A DNA stretch of 64,000 bases from Octopus vulgaris (GCA_951406725.2 OX597815.1:208692001-208756000); one strand, 5' to 3'; positions 48,766 to 61,731 are shown, counted from the stretch's first letter. A program made the numbers and translations. Notes: generated from the letters alone by a model not told the origin.

Positions 48766-49904
48766 ATATATCTGAAATGATTTTGTGATTCTAAAGATTA
48801 AGCTTTTTTCATTTATTGACAGAATATCTTACAGTATTAATAATTCAGTAATTCAGACACTCCATATGCATGAAGACCAATAGTTAAGTTAGTGTTAACA
48901 TATTTATTGCCAGGTGCATTGAATGGCTAACTAGAAATAAGCATGTCAGAGGAAGAGTTGATACAAGCCAAATATGAATACTACGAGCTGGCCCTGTGCT
49001 GTCAAAAATGATGGCTAATTGTAGTATCATCATCATCATCATCATCGTCATTTAACATCTGTTTTCTATGCTGGCATGGGTTGGACGGTTTGACTGAGGG
49101 CTCGCAAGCCAGAAGGCTGCACCAGGCTCCAATCTGATCTTGTGTAGTTTCTATAGCTGGATGCCCTTCCTAACACCAACCACTCTGAGAATGTATCTTA
49201 TATATAAAAAAAGATACAAAAGCAAATTTTTAGTTAAATTATTCTTTTATTACCAAATTTTTTGTGAAAAATCTATTTACAACTAACATGCCATCACTGC
49301 TTGTTTCTTTCAAAAGGATTAAGAAATTTTTCCTCCCTTCTTGTACGACTTAAGGCCACATAAAGCTGGCCGTGACTAAACATGGGAACTGGCAAATAAA
49401 TAGCAACTTTTTTGAGAATGCTGGTTAGTTTATGCAGAGTTACTGAAAGAACGCTGGGTAAAAATAAGTATTACATACACATCTATACAAACATATACAT
49501 AAACAGACTCCTTAGAGAAAATAATTATTACATGCACACGTGTGTGTGTGTGTGTGTGTGTGTGCATGCATGTGTATACATTTATATGTATGAGTAGCAC
49601 AGTCTGGTTTTATATATGTATGTGTAAATGCGCGTGTCTCTAATTCTGCTTTCTATGTATCTTTCTAAATAAACATGCACAAACACATATACACTCACTG
49701 AAATATTATGTATAAATATATTTTACGGAAACACACGTATACTCCTATACTCATACATTTGAAGTGCTATTTGATTTTTTTTTTACCGTAGAATTTTCAC
49801 CATCCTACTTTCAATGGCGAATATATAAATATATTTTACACCAACATGCATATACAAATACACAAAAATTCACATATTTTATAACCAATCATTAGGCCAA
49901 TAGC

Positions 49905-50111
49905 AGACTCCCCTGGCACCTGTGCCGGTGGCACGTAAAAAGCACCCACTACACTCGCAGAGTGGTTGGCATTAGGAAGGGCATCCAGCTGTAGAAACTC
50001 TGCCAGATCAGACTGGAGCCTGGTACAGCCTCCTGGCTTCCCAGACCCCAGTCGAACCGTCCAACCTGTGCTAGCGCGGAAAACGGACGTTAAACGATGA
50101 TGATGATGATG
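49905..50111 (+). mobile_element. Family B element (inverted relative to the partial copy at 49026-49190)
   Basis: Conserved body and (GAT)n tail. Confidence 0.85.
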
Positions 50112-51486
50112 AATGTGTGTCACCAATTCACTATACATATACACACACAGATGCTGTTCAGTTTGTCATCACACCTTCCTTGGTCAATCATATCTTGTGA
50201 CGGAGAAAAACAGAAGAGGATTATGTATTAGTAGATTTTCATTTTGTTTTTTGCCATGTAGAGACACAAATCCAGATTTGTTTTCCTGTTATTCTGACCT
50301 CATTGTAGCAGAGTGCTGACCATAATTACTGAAACAGTATTGTATCAACCATTTAAATACACAAGATTATACAATTATTTGGTTGTACATTTATATATTC
50401 ATTCATCACAGATTTCCCTTGATGTTTTCCTTTAGCAGTTCCTCCTCCTCTCCACTAACATTCTGATGATTCCAAACAACATATATTTACTTCTCCTTTG
50501 TTGAAATTTTCTATTTCCCAGTCAGAAAATCATATGAGAATGATTGATAACTTTGTGTCATTAGATTTTAAATAAAAACCGTGTTTCTAAGATAAACATC
50601 AGAACGCTTTTTCTTCTGTTGTTTAATTCAATTTCATTTATTTCTGTGATGTTCTTTTTGCATTAACTTTTATACAGATAGCTGGCACTAATTAATATTA
50701 GAAAACTTAAATTGCTCTTATATATAACTGAGATAATTTGTGTTAATTATCTCTACTATATTTATTAACAGTTATAGATCATATGAGTGACGTTGAGTCT
50801 CTTGTGAAAATTTCAAAGGATCTGAATTTCAGAAGTATTTAGCAGATTTGATTACGTTGAGCACACATACAAGGCTTTAGTGTATTAGAATTTTATAATT
50901 TGAGTGAAGCTCTGTATATTCCTGAATGACTTCTATTACCGTTTCTCTTTGACTGTAACAGTGATGAAATATCTTTGGGGATTCATACTTGAAAGAAACT
51001 GTTTGTTGTTTGCTTCAGTTTCCTTTGCTAACATCTCTGGTATTAAGCGTCACAGTCTTCATACACCAATATCCACACCTCTTACCTCTTGTATTAAGTT
51101 TTGCAATCATATCAAATTAGAAAGTGAAGTTTGTTAAATATTGGTTTTCGTTGTCAAAAGTTCAAAATTTCTGTCTGTCTTTTAAAACTAAGAGGAAGAA
51201 TAATTTTGTTCAGTTTACTGAAGATTTTGTTTAATTCTGCAATACTTTGTCATAAATCTTCATATTACATCAGAAGGTACAGTGAAACTTCGGTTTATGA
51301 ATGCCTCCCATCACAAACAAATTGGTTTGTGAACGGTTTTAAACTTGCATCTCAAGTGACGAACATACTAAGCTGGCAACACCAGTGGGCAACAAGCTGG
51401 GAATAGCAGGAGGACATCAGTTGCTGTCTAGCCATCACACAGTGTACATCCTTGCTTGAATTCTTTGTGCCTCTTGAATTTTCTAT

Positions 51487-52005
51487 AGGAGTGGCTGTGT
51501 GGTAAGTAGCTTGCTTACAAACCACATGGTTCCGAGTTCAGTCCCACTGCGTGGCACCTTGGGGAAGTGTCTTCTACTATAGCCTCAGGCCAACCAAAGC
51601 CTTGTGAGTGGATTTGGTAGACGGAAACTGTGTAGAAGCCTATTGTATATATCTATGTCTGTTCTGTCTATCCGTTCGCTCGTCTGCGGGTGTTTGCATG
51701 TGCAAGCGCATACGTCTTTGTGTTTGCATTTGTCTCCCATCCACCTCTTGATGACCAGTGTTGGTTTTGTTTACATCCCCATAACATAGCAGTTGAGCAA
51801 TGGGGACTGATAAAGCAGCAGACTTACAAAAAAAAAAAACAAGCCAATAGGGGAAGCCTTTCCATAATTGCTCTCAGTCTGCTAGAAATAGCAGCTATGT
51901 CTCTCTTATATTACACTCAGCTATTTTCAAGATTTGTTTGACTACAGCCCTTCAAAGCAGAGTCCTACCATGGCTACTACAGTCCAATGACTTAAACAAA
52001 TAATA
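51487..52005 (+). mobile_element. SINE family A, diverged/interrupted
   Basis: Head GGAGTGGCTGTGTGGTAAGTAGC well conserved; 3' half degraded. Confidence 0.75.
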
Positions 52006-54332
52006 GAGGAAAAAAAAAATAGGGCTGTAGAAAAAAAAATGACATGCTTCAGTATTTAAGTTTATGTCATTTCCCTTGAAATAAAATTTTCCGAGGCATT
52101 CAGAACATAAGTTCATATCCCAAATTCATTTGCATTGTCTTTCCAGTCAACTCCTCACACAGCCACTAACAAAACTCTACCGCAAACATACCAGTTTCAT
52201 TGTAAACATTCAAACATGTTACCATACAAGTCAACAGTGTGCTGAAATTACCTGGAAATTACATAGAGTTTATTTAACATTTAACTAATAATCTCCCACC
52301 ACTCTATTTATGAGACTGGTTACTCCGGATTGATTTGAGCTGATCTGATTTTTCTGATGTCTTTATCTCGGTAACCTCATTACATTAGTAGCATCTCCTC
52401 TAATACAATCAGCACTGCAACGCTGCTTTAATATTTGTATCTGTGAAGCTTGACTGCCTATCATTATGTCACTGTTCTCTTTGATCCATTCTTCGTGTTC
52501 GCAGAGTTTTCAATCGTTTTGCAAAGAATATACAAATATAAGTAGAGTAATCGATAGATAATTTTGCAATCATTTGGCATTTGTATGCATGGATGAACCA
52601 CAGTAAGCATTTAAAACACAGTGCATTGCATGTGAAGTCAGCTGTGAGATGGCTAATGCTAGGGGAAGCCTGGAAATTCCATAATGGTTTTCCATTGTCA
52701 CCCCGCACCTTCCCCACCTACAACCTCACCTGTCCATTCCTCCCCCCACCCCCGGCCACCACCCTCCTCCACACTACTCTGCAATGTAAGTACTATGAAA
52801 TTGTTATGGTTAAATACTGAAATTGTCTGCTTTCCAATTAACTATGAAACAGAATAATAGCCATAGTCGCTAATAGCATTGACTGCCACAATAAAACGAG
52901 AATATGTGATGCTCCATAGAGCAAGGTATATATGCGCACCTGCTTGCAACATATATATACAGATGCACACATAAGCATATGCACACACACACACACACAC
53001 ACACTTTGCCGCACACTGCTACTCATGTTTCCCGCTTGGTTGGTTAATTTATATCAGTCCGTCCTGTTTGCTTGAAAGCCCAGGCATAGGGTAAGTGCTT
53101 TCCTTGGCTATCAAATAATGACAAATGAGACTCCATGATCACAGCTGTGGCTATAAAACCAGAATGCTATTTTGTGAAAATGACTTTTTTTTCCTTTCCT
53201 TTCCTTTCTGTTCGTCTCATTGTATAAAGAATTTATACAGAAAATCTATTTCAATATGTACCTAAGCTATTTTCAATAGTTCATCGTTGTTGATATCTTT
53301 TTACATAGAGCATATGATACGGATATTTGTGTGCATGTGTGTGTGTATGTAGGTAGCTTTCAACTACATTACATACTTGTATATACACCTCTGTCACAAT
53401 AAATTCTTGTTGAATTCCATAGCACTTTATTATTGTATGAATTCCGTGAGCTTGAAATATTATATAAATTGCAACTTTTATCTACTCTACCTTTAGTTAT
53501 GTCAGAGACCTTTTGTGTACATTGTTTGGAATATTTAGCTGCTATTCTTTTATTGAATGGCACCACAAGCTTTTGTCCTTGTAAACATTAAACGTTGCAG
53601 CTTGATAGGTTGTCACGTTATCTCTGCTTGGCCCCTGTGTAACTCGGTGATTCTCAGGATGTGACTGACAGATTGCAAGGGTTTTGAAGTTCAATAGAAA
53701 GGTGGAAAAAAATTGCTTTTTGAGTTCATTTAGGGAGAAACCGAGAATTGGTGGATTGTGAGGTCGATATCATACAGCTTTAATTATAATAGCTGCATAA
53801 TCAGAATTGTTAAAAAATACCATTTGATTCGAATGAAAGGAGCTTGTGAAAGGAGAAGAGTCTGTAAAACATGGAAAGAGATGTGGAGGCTGATCTCAGG
53901 GTGACAACCTAGTACAGGAGGTGACGAAACACTGCAGCAAAGGGTGAGGTGCTGTGCTGGAGGCAGGCATGGGAAAACTGACATAGAATGATGGTAATGG
54001 TGGTGCTGACAATAGCAGTAATAATCATGATGATGGTGATGGTGATGATTGCTCTGTCATCCACAGACATTAGTAACTTTGTTGCTGCTACTGTGGCTAA
54101 TACTCCTGCCATCACTGCCATCTGTTGGCTGGATAGGGTAAACATGATGCTAGACAATAAAGGAAAGCACATTGGATGATGCAGTTATAGCTGTGCTGAG
54201 GTGAAGGCATGTCTGAGTAGTAAAGAAACTCACTTTGTAGCCATGTGGTTTTGGGTTCAATGCCATAGCATGGCACCCCAGGCAAGTGTCGTCTGCCATA
54301 TTCCAGGGTCATTCAATGCCTTGCAACTGAAT

Positions 54333-54905
54333 AAGGCGGCGAGCTGGCAGAATCGTTAGCATGCTGGACGAAATGCTTAGCGGTATTTCGTCTGCCGTTA
54401 TGTTCTGAGTTCAAATTCCGCCGAGGTCGACTTTGCCTTTCATCCTTTCGGGGTCGATATAATCGACTTAATCCGTCTGTCTCTCCTTGTTTGTTTCCTT
54501 TGTGTTTAGCCCCTTGTGGGTAGTAAAGAAATAGGTATTTCGTCTGCCGTTACGTTCTGAGTTCAAATTCTGCCGAGGTCGACTTTGCCTTTCATCCTTT
54601 CGGGGTCGATAAATTAAGTACCAGTTACGCACTGGGGGGGGCGATATAATCAACTTAATCCATTTGTCTCTTCTTGTTTGTCTCCTCTGTGTTTAGCCCC
54701 TTGTGGGTCGTAAAGAAATAGGTATTTTGTCTGCCATTACGTTCTGAGTTCAAATCCCGCCGAGGTCAACTTTGCCTTTCATCCTTTCGGAGTCAATAAA
54801 TTAAGTACCAGTTATGCACTGGGATTGATGTAATCGATTCAATCACTTTGTCTGTCTTTGTTTGTCCCCTCTACGTTTAGCCCCTTGTGGGCAATAAAGA
54901 AATAA
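54333..54905 (+). mobile_element. SINE family C array: head plus three body units
   Basis: GGTATTT(C/T)GTCTGCC unit starts at 54382, 54534 and 54721, the latter two preceded by AAAGAAATA. Confidence 0.9.
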
Positions 54906-55699
54906 GAAACTATGTGAAAGCTTGTCTTGTGTGTGTCTGTTTGTGCATCCTTGTGTTTATCCCCCCACCACTTGCCAGCCAATATTGGCTTGTTTATGTC
55001 CTCATAACTTAGCAGTTTGACGAAGGAGCCTGATAGAATAAGTACCAGACTTAAAAACACGAGTTCTGAGGTTGATTTGTTTGACCAAACCCTCTGAGCT
55101 GGTATCTCAGCATGGCTGTTGTCCAGTGACTGAGGCAAAGTAAAAGATCAAAGATAAGCTGTGCCTGACAGGTAAAAACGATGAAAGAAAGATGAAAAGA
55201 AAAGGTATTCGTCAAAGGTAAAACACCATTAATCATTGACCATTGGCATCAAGACTAACATGCTTCTAATCAACAACTAGAACAACAATAATTAATATCT
55301 AAAGTTCAAGGAGTCTAGTAACAGTCCATGTTGGTAAAACAAGTTAATAATATCTTCTAAATAAATTGTGTACTGTGGAGATAAATGTGTTCTGATGTTT
55401 CAGTTTAGACACTTGAAGAAATGAGGTATGCGATTCTTCGCATGAAGAACCTTGTAGAAAGTCAGCATTCACCTCCTCCTATGGCATGAAAACTTTATCT
55501 TATCATATTCACTAATGAACAGCATTTCATGCTCTTTATATGCTCTTTCTTTTGTATGAAAATTATGTTTTAAAGTATTATTTCTTCCTACCCCTTCTTT
55601 CTAGTCTTTTGTTTCACATCCTTTGTCCATAACATATCTCAGTGTGGTATGCTTTTATTTACTCAGTAAAAGGAAGTGAAGTACCCTCCTTCAAAACTA

Positions 55700-56265
55700 T
55701 TGGGTTGTCCGGAAAGTTCATGCCAATTTTTAAAGGAAAGAAAAAGGTCAATAAATACTTGCCATTACATATTTAATCAACCAAATATGATCCATTTTGT
55801 TGCACAATGCATCTCCATCTTTCCTTTAACTTGAAAATATCCTCTTCCCGGAATTGAGGTGGTTTCATGGCAAAGAATTCATCAAGGTATCTTTTTACGT
55901 CATCCAAGGAATTGAAATTTTTACCATTAAGACTATTCTACACATACCCGGATAAGTGGAAATCCGAAGGAGCAATATCTGGTGAATATGAAGGGTGGGA
56001 TAACACATCCCAGCCAAGCTGCAGCAATTTTTGTCTGGTTCCCAAAGCATCAAGTGCCAAAAATGAACTTTCTTGTTTTCCATTTTAAAGGGTTACAGAA
56101 TTAACACAGGTTATAGGAACATAAACCTTCTTCCACAAAAAGATAGCTTAAACTGTGCTCTACATGGAGGTGTAGTCAAATCCTATGTTATGGACTCAAC
56201 CATGTTTTAAAATAAGTCGAAAGGTAAGCTACTATAAATCGGCACGAACTTTACGGACAACCCAA
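55700..56265 (-). mobile_element. Internally deleted mariner element, second copy, TA TSD
   Basis: TA|TTGGGTTGTCCGGAAAGTTC...GAACTTTACGGACAACCCAA|TA; same MENKKV/SPDIAPSD fusion as 21052-21623. Confidence 0.9.
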
Positions 56266-56574
56266 TATGTGGTTTTGGGTTCATTCTTGCTGCATAACAT
56301 CTTCAGCAAGTACACTTAGCGAAATGCCTTGCAGTAAAACAGAATCTAGTACCTGTAGGCCCAAATTGACCAAGATTTTTTGAGTGAATTTTGTAGGTAG
56401 AAACTGTAAAGAAGCTCATAGAATATGTATACACGAAGCTAAGTTAAATCTTAGTAGTCATAGCCAGTGGTGGTAATGTGCAAAAGGCACCCATGCCAGT
56501 GACATATAAAAGGTATTCATGATGCTGGTATGTAAAAGACACCCACTACACACTGTGGAGTGGATAGTATAAGG

Positions 56575-56804
56575 AACGAGTTGGCAGAATCGTTAGCACG
56601 CCGGGCGAATTGCGTGGCTGTATTTTGTCTGCTGTTACGTTCTGAGTTCAAATTTCGCCGAGGTCGACTTTGCCTCTCATCCTTTCAAGGTCGATAAATT
56701 AAGTACCAGTTACACACTGGGGTCGATGTAATCGACTTAATACCTATGTCTGTCCTTGTTTGTCCCCTCTGTGTTTAGCCCCTTGTGGGGTAATAAAGAA
56801 ATAG
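56575..56804 (+). mobile_element. SINE family C inserted into a family B remnant (~56480-56935)
   Basis: GTATAAGGAA duplicated at 56567-56576 and 56805-56814, splitting the family B AGGAAGG(G/A)CATCC region. Confidence 0.85.
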
Positions 56805-57112
56805 GTATAAGGAAGGACATCCTGCTGTAGAAACAAGCTAGAACAGACTGGAGTCTGATGCAGCTCTCCAACTTACCGGTTCCAGTCAAACTGTCTAATC
56901 CATACTAGCATGGAAAACAAATGCTAAATGATGTTGGTAGAATCTGTGCTCATGTAGTAGAGTATTTCTCCTTAATTTAATTAACATCATGCACTAACTA
57001 AATAAAAACTGTACTGCCAAACTTAACAACTTATTAGTTTTGCAGTTTTCTGTGAAAAAATATTCCAGACAATGATATAATTATTATGTTGTTTAAAAAC
57101 AGAAAGAGCATC

Positions 57113-57546
57113 AGATCTTTTCGGTTTGAACGGCAGTTTTTAACATAATTTCTAGGTAACTAAAAAATTTTAAACTTCGTATACTGGTAGAATGTGTTTA
57201 TAAAACATCTTTTCCTCTTGGCTTTATTGAGAAAATTCTGTAGTTTGTAAGATATTTGTTGTTTTTTTTCTTCAATTTCTGCAATTTCAATCAATCAATG
57301 ATGTCCATTGAGGTAAAAAAAAACATTCTGTGCCGTATGAACATGTCCCTTGTTTAAGAAACAGATTGGGTTTATTTACATTTATGAAGAAAAAAAAGAT
57401 ACCCTTCCCCTCACCCCTAACCCTAACCAACCCTAACCCTAAGATAGTAGATTGAAATGCAATAGATCGATACTAGGGTCATAATTATGGGTGACAATTT
57501 CATATGACACCGCTAGAAAAAACTGCCGTTCAAACCGAGAAGATCC
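57113..57546. mobile_element. Non-autonomous DNA transposon, ~29-bp TIRs, 8-bp TSD, internal (CCCTAA)n
   Basis: AGAGCATC|AGATCTTTTCGGTTTGAACGGCAGTTTTT...AAAAACTGCCGTTCAAACCGAGAAGATCC|AGAGCATC. An 8-bp TSD with GG-type termini suggests Merlin (hAT or P not excluded). Confidence 0.85.
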
Positions 57547-58272
57547 AGAGCATCCGGCTGTGAAAAAAAAATCTGTTTCAGTCAATCACATCTAACGCAT
57601 GCAAGCATGTAAAAATTGATGAGATAGTTATTACTATGTTTCTCCAATATAGGCATGTCATAACAAAATTGCATGAAGAAACACTAATTATTAATTATAC
57701 ATTGTTTATTATACCAAAAACGATTGCAGTTCCACAACATAAATCTTCGTTAAATGAAATAAAGTAAAACGAACATAATTAAGTTAGTCTGTGAATTTCC
57801 TTTTCTTTGATTCGTTAAACTAAGCATTGTCTGCACCGTCTATCGTTACAAAGACTAACTCTAGCCGATTAAATGTCTGTGATTAGTTGTGGTTAATGCG
57901 ATTATAGTTTTACAGTCTATTAACTTCATCTTTCGAGATGAAATGTTCATCAGTATTGTGAATATTTACATCTACATTATATTTTGATTGGTTTATCTTC
58001 AGCGATCATTAAATATTTCCCTTTTGGATATCCACATACTCCTTGACTGGATTTGAACAAGGAGATGTTATTTCTAAATTAGATATGATAAGATTTTTAT
58101 ATCCACTATATCTGATCATCATTCTGTTTTTGTTTTGATGTCCTGATTAATGTATTGCACTTAATTTAATGATTCTAGAAGGCAAGAATAGTTTCATTGA
58201 ATGTGTTGCTTGATATTCGTGTGCGAACATGGGTGAATGTGTGTGTGGCTATATGCAGAGTAGCTTGTGCTA

Positions 58273-58318
<46 letters not shown>

Positions 58319-58464
58319 CATATAAGAGATTATGGTGTCATTGAGACCCAAAGGTGTCAGGTAATGTTGAATAAGTGCTATAGACAGACCATAGTTAAGT
58401 TCCAGATTCGGTAATATTGCGAATAAAGGGTTCAATGCTGGTTCTATGTCAGCATGTGTATATA

Positions 58465-58836
58465 TACTCTTTTTTTCTCTCTTTTTACTTGTTTCAGTCA
58501 TTTGACTGCAGCCATGCTGGAGCACCGCCTTTAGTCGAGCAAATCGACCCCGGGACTTATTCTTTGTAAGCCCAGTACTTATTCTATCGGCCTCTTTTGC
58601 CAAACCGCTAAGTTACGGGGACGTAAACACACCAGCATCGGTTGTCAAGCAATGCTAGGGGAACAAACACAGACACACAAACATATTCACACACTTATAT
58701 ATATATATACATATATACGACAGGCTTCTTTCAGTTTCCGTCTACCAAATCCACTCACAAGGCATTGGTCGGCCCGGGGCTATAGCAGAAGACACGTGCC
58801 CAAGATGCCACGCAGTGGGACTGAACCCGGAACCAT
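58465..58836 (-). mobile_element. SINE family A lacking its 5' head
   Basis: Reverse complement copy that stops at GGAACCAT, where the fold-back begins. Confidence 0.88.
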
Positions 58837-58868
58837 TTTTGCATAATAAAATTTAAAAAAACTAAGGC

Positions 58869-59034
58869 TGTATAGATATTGGAGCATTTATAGACAGAAG
58901 GTCTTACAGCTGTTTCTAGGATATTAATTAATAATATCCCTTCTCACACCGTCTCCGATGAGGGGATGTTATTAATTAATATCCTAGAAACAGCTGTAAG
59001 ACCTTCTGTCTATAAATGCTCCAATATCTATACA
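58869..59034. repeat. Near-perfect fold-back, 72-bp arms and 22-bp spacer (imperfect extension to ~58836-59070); probable Penelope-like element inverted pseudo-LTR
   Basis: 58869-58940 is the reverse complement of 58963-59034, with one mismatch found by eye. Confidence 0.9.
58951..59002 (+). ncRNA. Minimal type I hammerhead-ribozyme-like motif
   Basis: GTCT (stem I) - CCGATGA (core, U4>C) - GGGGATGTTA/TAATATCCTA (stem II) - GAAAC - AGCT - GTA (cleavage triplet) - AGAC (stem I'); stem III is the palindrome ACAGCTGT. Confidence 0.55.
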
Positions 59035-59096
59035 CCCTTGGGTTTTTTTTATCTTATTTCGCAAAAAATTTCATATATATATACACACACACACAC

Positions 59097-59128
<32 letters not shown>

Positions 59129-59184
59129 ATGTGTATAAATATATGTGTCTGTGTGTGTATATATATGGATAAAAGAAAATACAG

Positions 59185-59358
59185 GAGGATCAATTAATTA
59201 TGATTTTATCCAACATATTCCCCCTCTCAGATTCACACACTTATTGCAATGGTCCTTCAGTTTTGCTAAACCTTGTGAAAAAAACTTGGAAGGTTGGCCC
59301 ACCAGCCATGCTTTTCGATATGCCCTTTACGCCAGGAACTTTTTAGCACCTCCTCATA
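59185..59358 (-). mobile_element. Mariner-type terminal remnant
   Basis: Minus strand TATGAGGAGGTGCTAAAAAGTTCCTGGC resembles mariner TIRs with a TA flank. Confidence 0.5.
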
Positions 59359-60734
59359 TGTTTTGAAGTGTGGTACTTTGTCTGTTGATCTTTTTTTGCC
59401 AAACTGCTAAGTTATAGAGATGGAAAGAAACAAACACAGGTTGTCAAGAGGTGATGTGGGACAAGAACAAACACACAATGGGCTTCTTTCAGTTTCCACC
59501 TACCAAATCCACTCACAATGCATTGGTTGGCCTTAGGGTGTAGGAGAAGACACTCGCACACGGTGTCATGCAGTGGGACTGAACCCACAACCGTGTGGTT
59601 GAGAAACAAACTTCTTACCACGCGACTACACTTGCACCTATACCAGAAGTAGAATTTGATGTGTAATCATTTGTTTTTCTGATGTTTCTCTTATTTGGGT
59701 GATTATTTTATGCCATGGTAAACCATGCCATAATCCTATATTGGCAGCTAAAGTCACAGCATTTTCATTGGGTGAAGATGGTGGTGGTAATGACAATTTT
59801 ATTCTTGTATTTTGGACATTTCTTGTGCATTTTGTCTGTTGTTGTTAAATCTGATGTGTGTGCCCTTCCACCTGCTTAACCTTTGTTTCACTTTCGCTTT
59901 TCTTCTCTACTAATAGTAGTGCCGTTGTTGTTGTCGTAGTTGTTACCACCACCATAGCCACCGCCATTACCCCCTCCGTTATCGCCACCACCACCACCGC
60001 CAACAACAACAACAGCACCAACCGCAGCGGCAGCAGCAGCCTTTCAAACTTTGCTGCCTTTTGTGTCAAAATACAACATTTAACCACTCTTATGTTCACA
60101 TGAGCGAAAAGTCCATTCTGCAGCGATTCTTTCTGGAAAAGGTGTTGTTATTTTTTTTAAAATTCTTTTTTGATTTTATCTTTTTTTTTTTTTTAAAGTG
60201 ACAAGGTATTTGACTGGTTCACATGTGCAGGTTTGGAAATCTCCATTAATGATTTATGGCATAAAGAAACAGGATAGAACAGCCTCCATTCATGCTTGCG
60301 ATAGAGAAATGCTTATCACTGACTATGTTGTTTTTGTGCACATCTTGTTAGGGTGTTTATTGTATTTTCATGTTGCATTCAAATGCAGTTGGTCATGCAA
60401 CTATTTATGCAGTGATAGTTCCTGCTTTTTACCTGAACCACCAGATCTGTTTTGTTTAAATTTTTGTCATTTTTTTTTTAAAAAAAAAAAAACACCCTTA
60501 AATTTTTGCTTTTTGCCAAGCTATGCAATGTATTATGGCATTTGTAAGCTCTTTTAAAACAGCCTTAGTTTATTTGGTTATAGCACAGTGAGTATTTCTC
60601 TATGAATATATTTATGCGTTTCTTTGTTGTCTTTTAGCTTCCAGTTTTACTTGTTTCAGCCAAAAGCCAAAGGTTTGTAGCCATGCTGGGGTGCTACCTA
60701 CCATTGGTACCATTTATTTTGGTTTCTCTCTTTC

Positions 60735-61120
60735 TCTTTTTTTACTTGTTTCAGTCATTTTGACGGCAGCCACGCTGGAGCACTGCCTTTCATCGAGCAA
60801 CTCGACCCTGGGACTTATCTTTTGTTAGCCCAGTACTTATTCTATCAGTCTCTTTTGACGAACCACTAAGTGACGGGGACATAAACACACCAGTGTCAAG
60901 CAATGCTAGGGGGACAAACACAGACGCACAAACACACACAAACGCATATATATATACATATATACGACGGGCTTCTTTCAGTTTCCGTCTACCAAATCCA
61001 CTCACAAGGCTTTGGTCGGCCCGAGGCTATAGTAGAAGACACTTGCCCAAGGTGCCACGCAGTGGGACTGAGCCCGGAACCATGTGGTTGGTAAGCAAGC
61101 TACTTACCACACAGCCACTC
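60735..61120 (-). mobile_element. SINE family A
   Basis: Nearly full-length reverse complement copy. Confidence 0.9.
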
Positions 61121-61414
61121 ATTTCATTTCAGTGACCTTCTCTGTGTTTGGTTTTGATGAAATGTGGGAGTTGGATAGTGCTGCCCTCTCTTGTGCTGCT
61201 TGCTTTGATTTCGGTTCAGCTGGTATTTGAGAATAAAACTGTTGTCGAAGACAAATACGGTAGATTTAGCAAGTGAAACTCTTGCTGCTATGCAGTGGTA
61301 TCCAGTTTGGCAGACTGGTATAGGTTTCAGTACCAAAGTTTGGTGTTAACCCATCTTCCATACATATATAAATCTAATATTGGTTCACCAGGAGTGATAA
61401 ATTAGAGGACTTAA

Positions 61415-61614
61415 CCCTTTCGCTTCTGTATTTATTTTGAGATGTTCTCTGTTTTTTTCAGTTTCTTTCAATATAACTTAGTTACCATTAAGCTAGTGTT
61501 AGGAACCATAAATTGTGACTAAGGTTTGGTGGAAGATTTTAATTCAAACTTACGAAAACAAGGCATTTGTACTCAGAGCCAGAGCCAGTTTCAGCTGGGT
61601 TGGTAACGAAAGGG
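61415..61614. mobile_element. piggyBac-type MITE M1 with a small internal deletion
   Basis: TTAA|CCCTTTCGC...GGTAACGAAAGGG|TTAA. Confidence 0.9.
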
Positions 61615-61696
61615 TTAATACAAATATAGAGCATTCTTTAATACATTCTAACTGAAAGGTTCTGATTTCTAGTACTCAGTGTTACTCATTTCCAAA

Positions 61697-61731
<35 letters not shown>

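Noticed and set aside
57415-57442. Possible telomere or chromosome fusion scar
   Set aside because: Only four hexamers, internal to a TIR element with a TSD.
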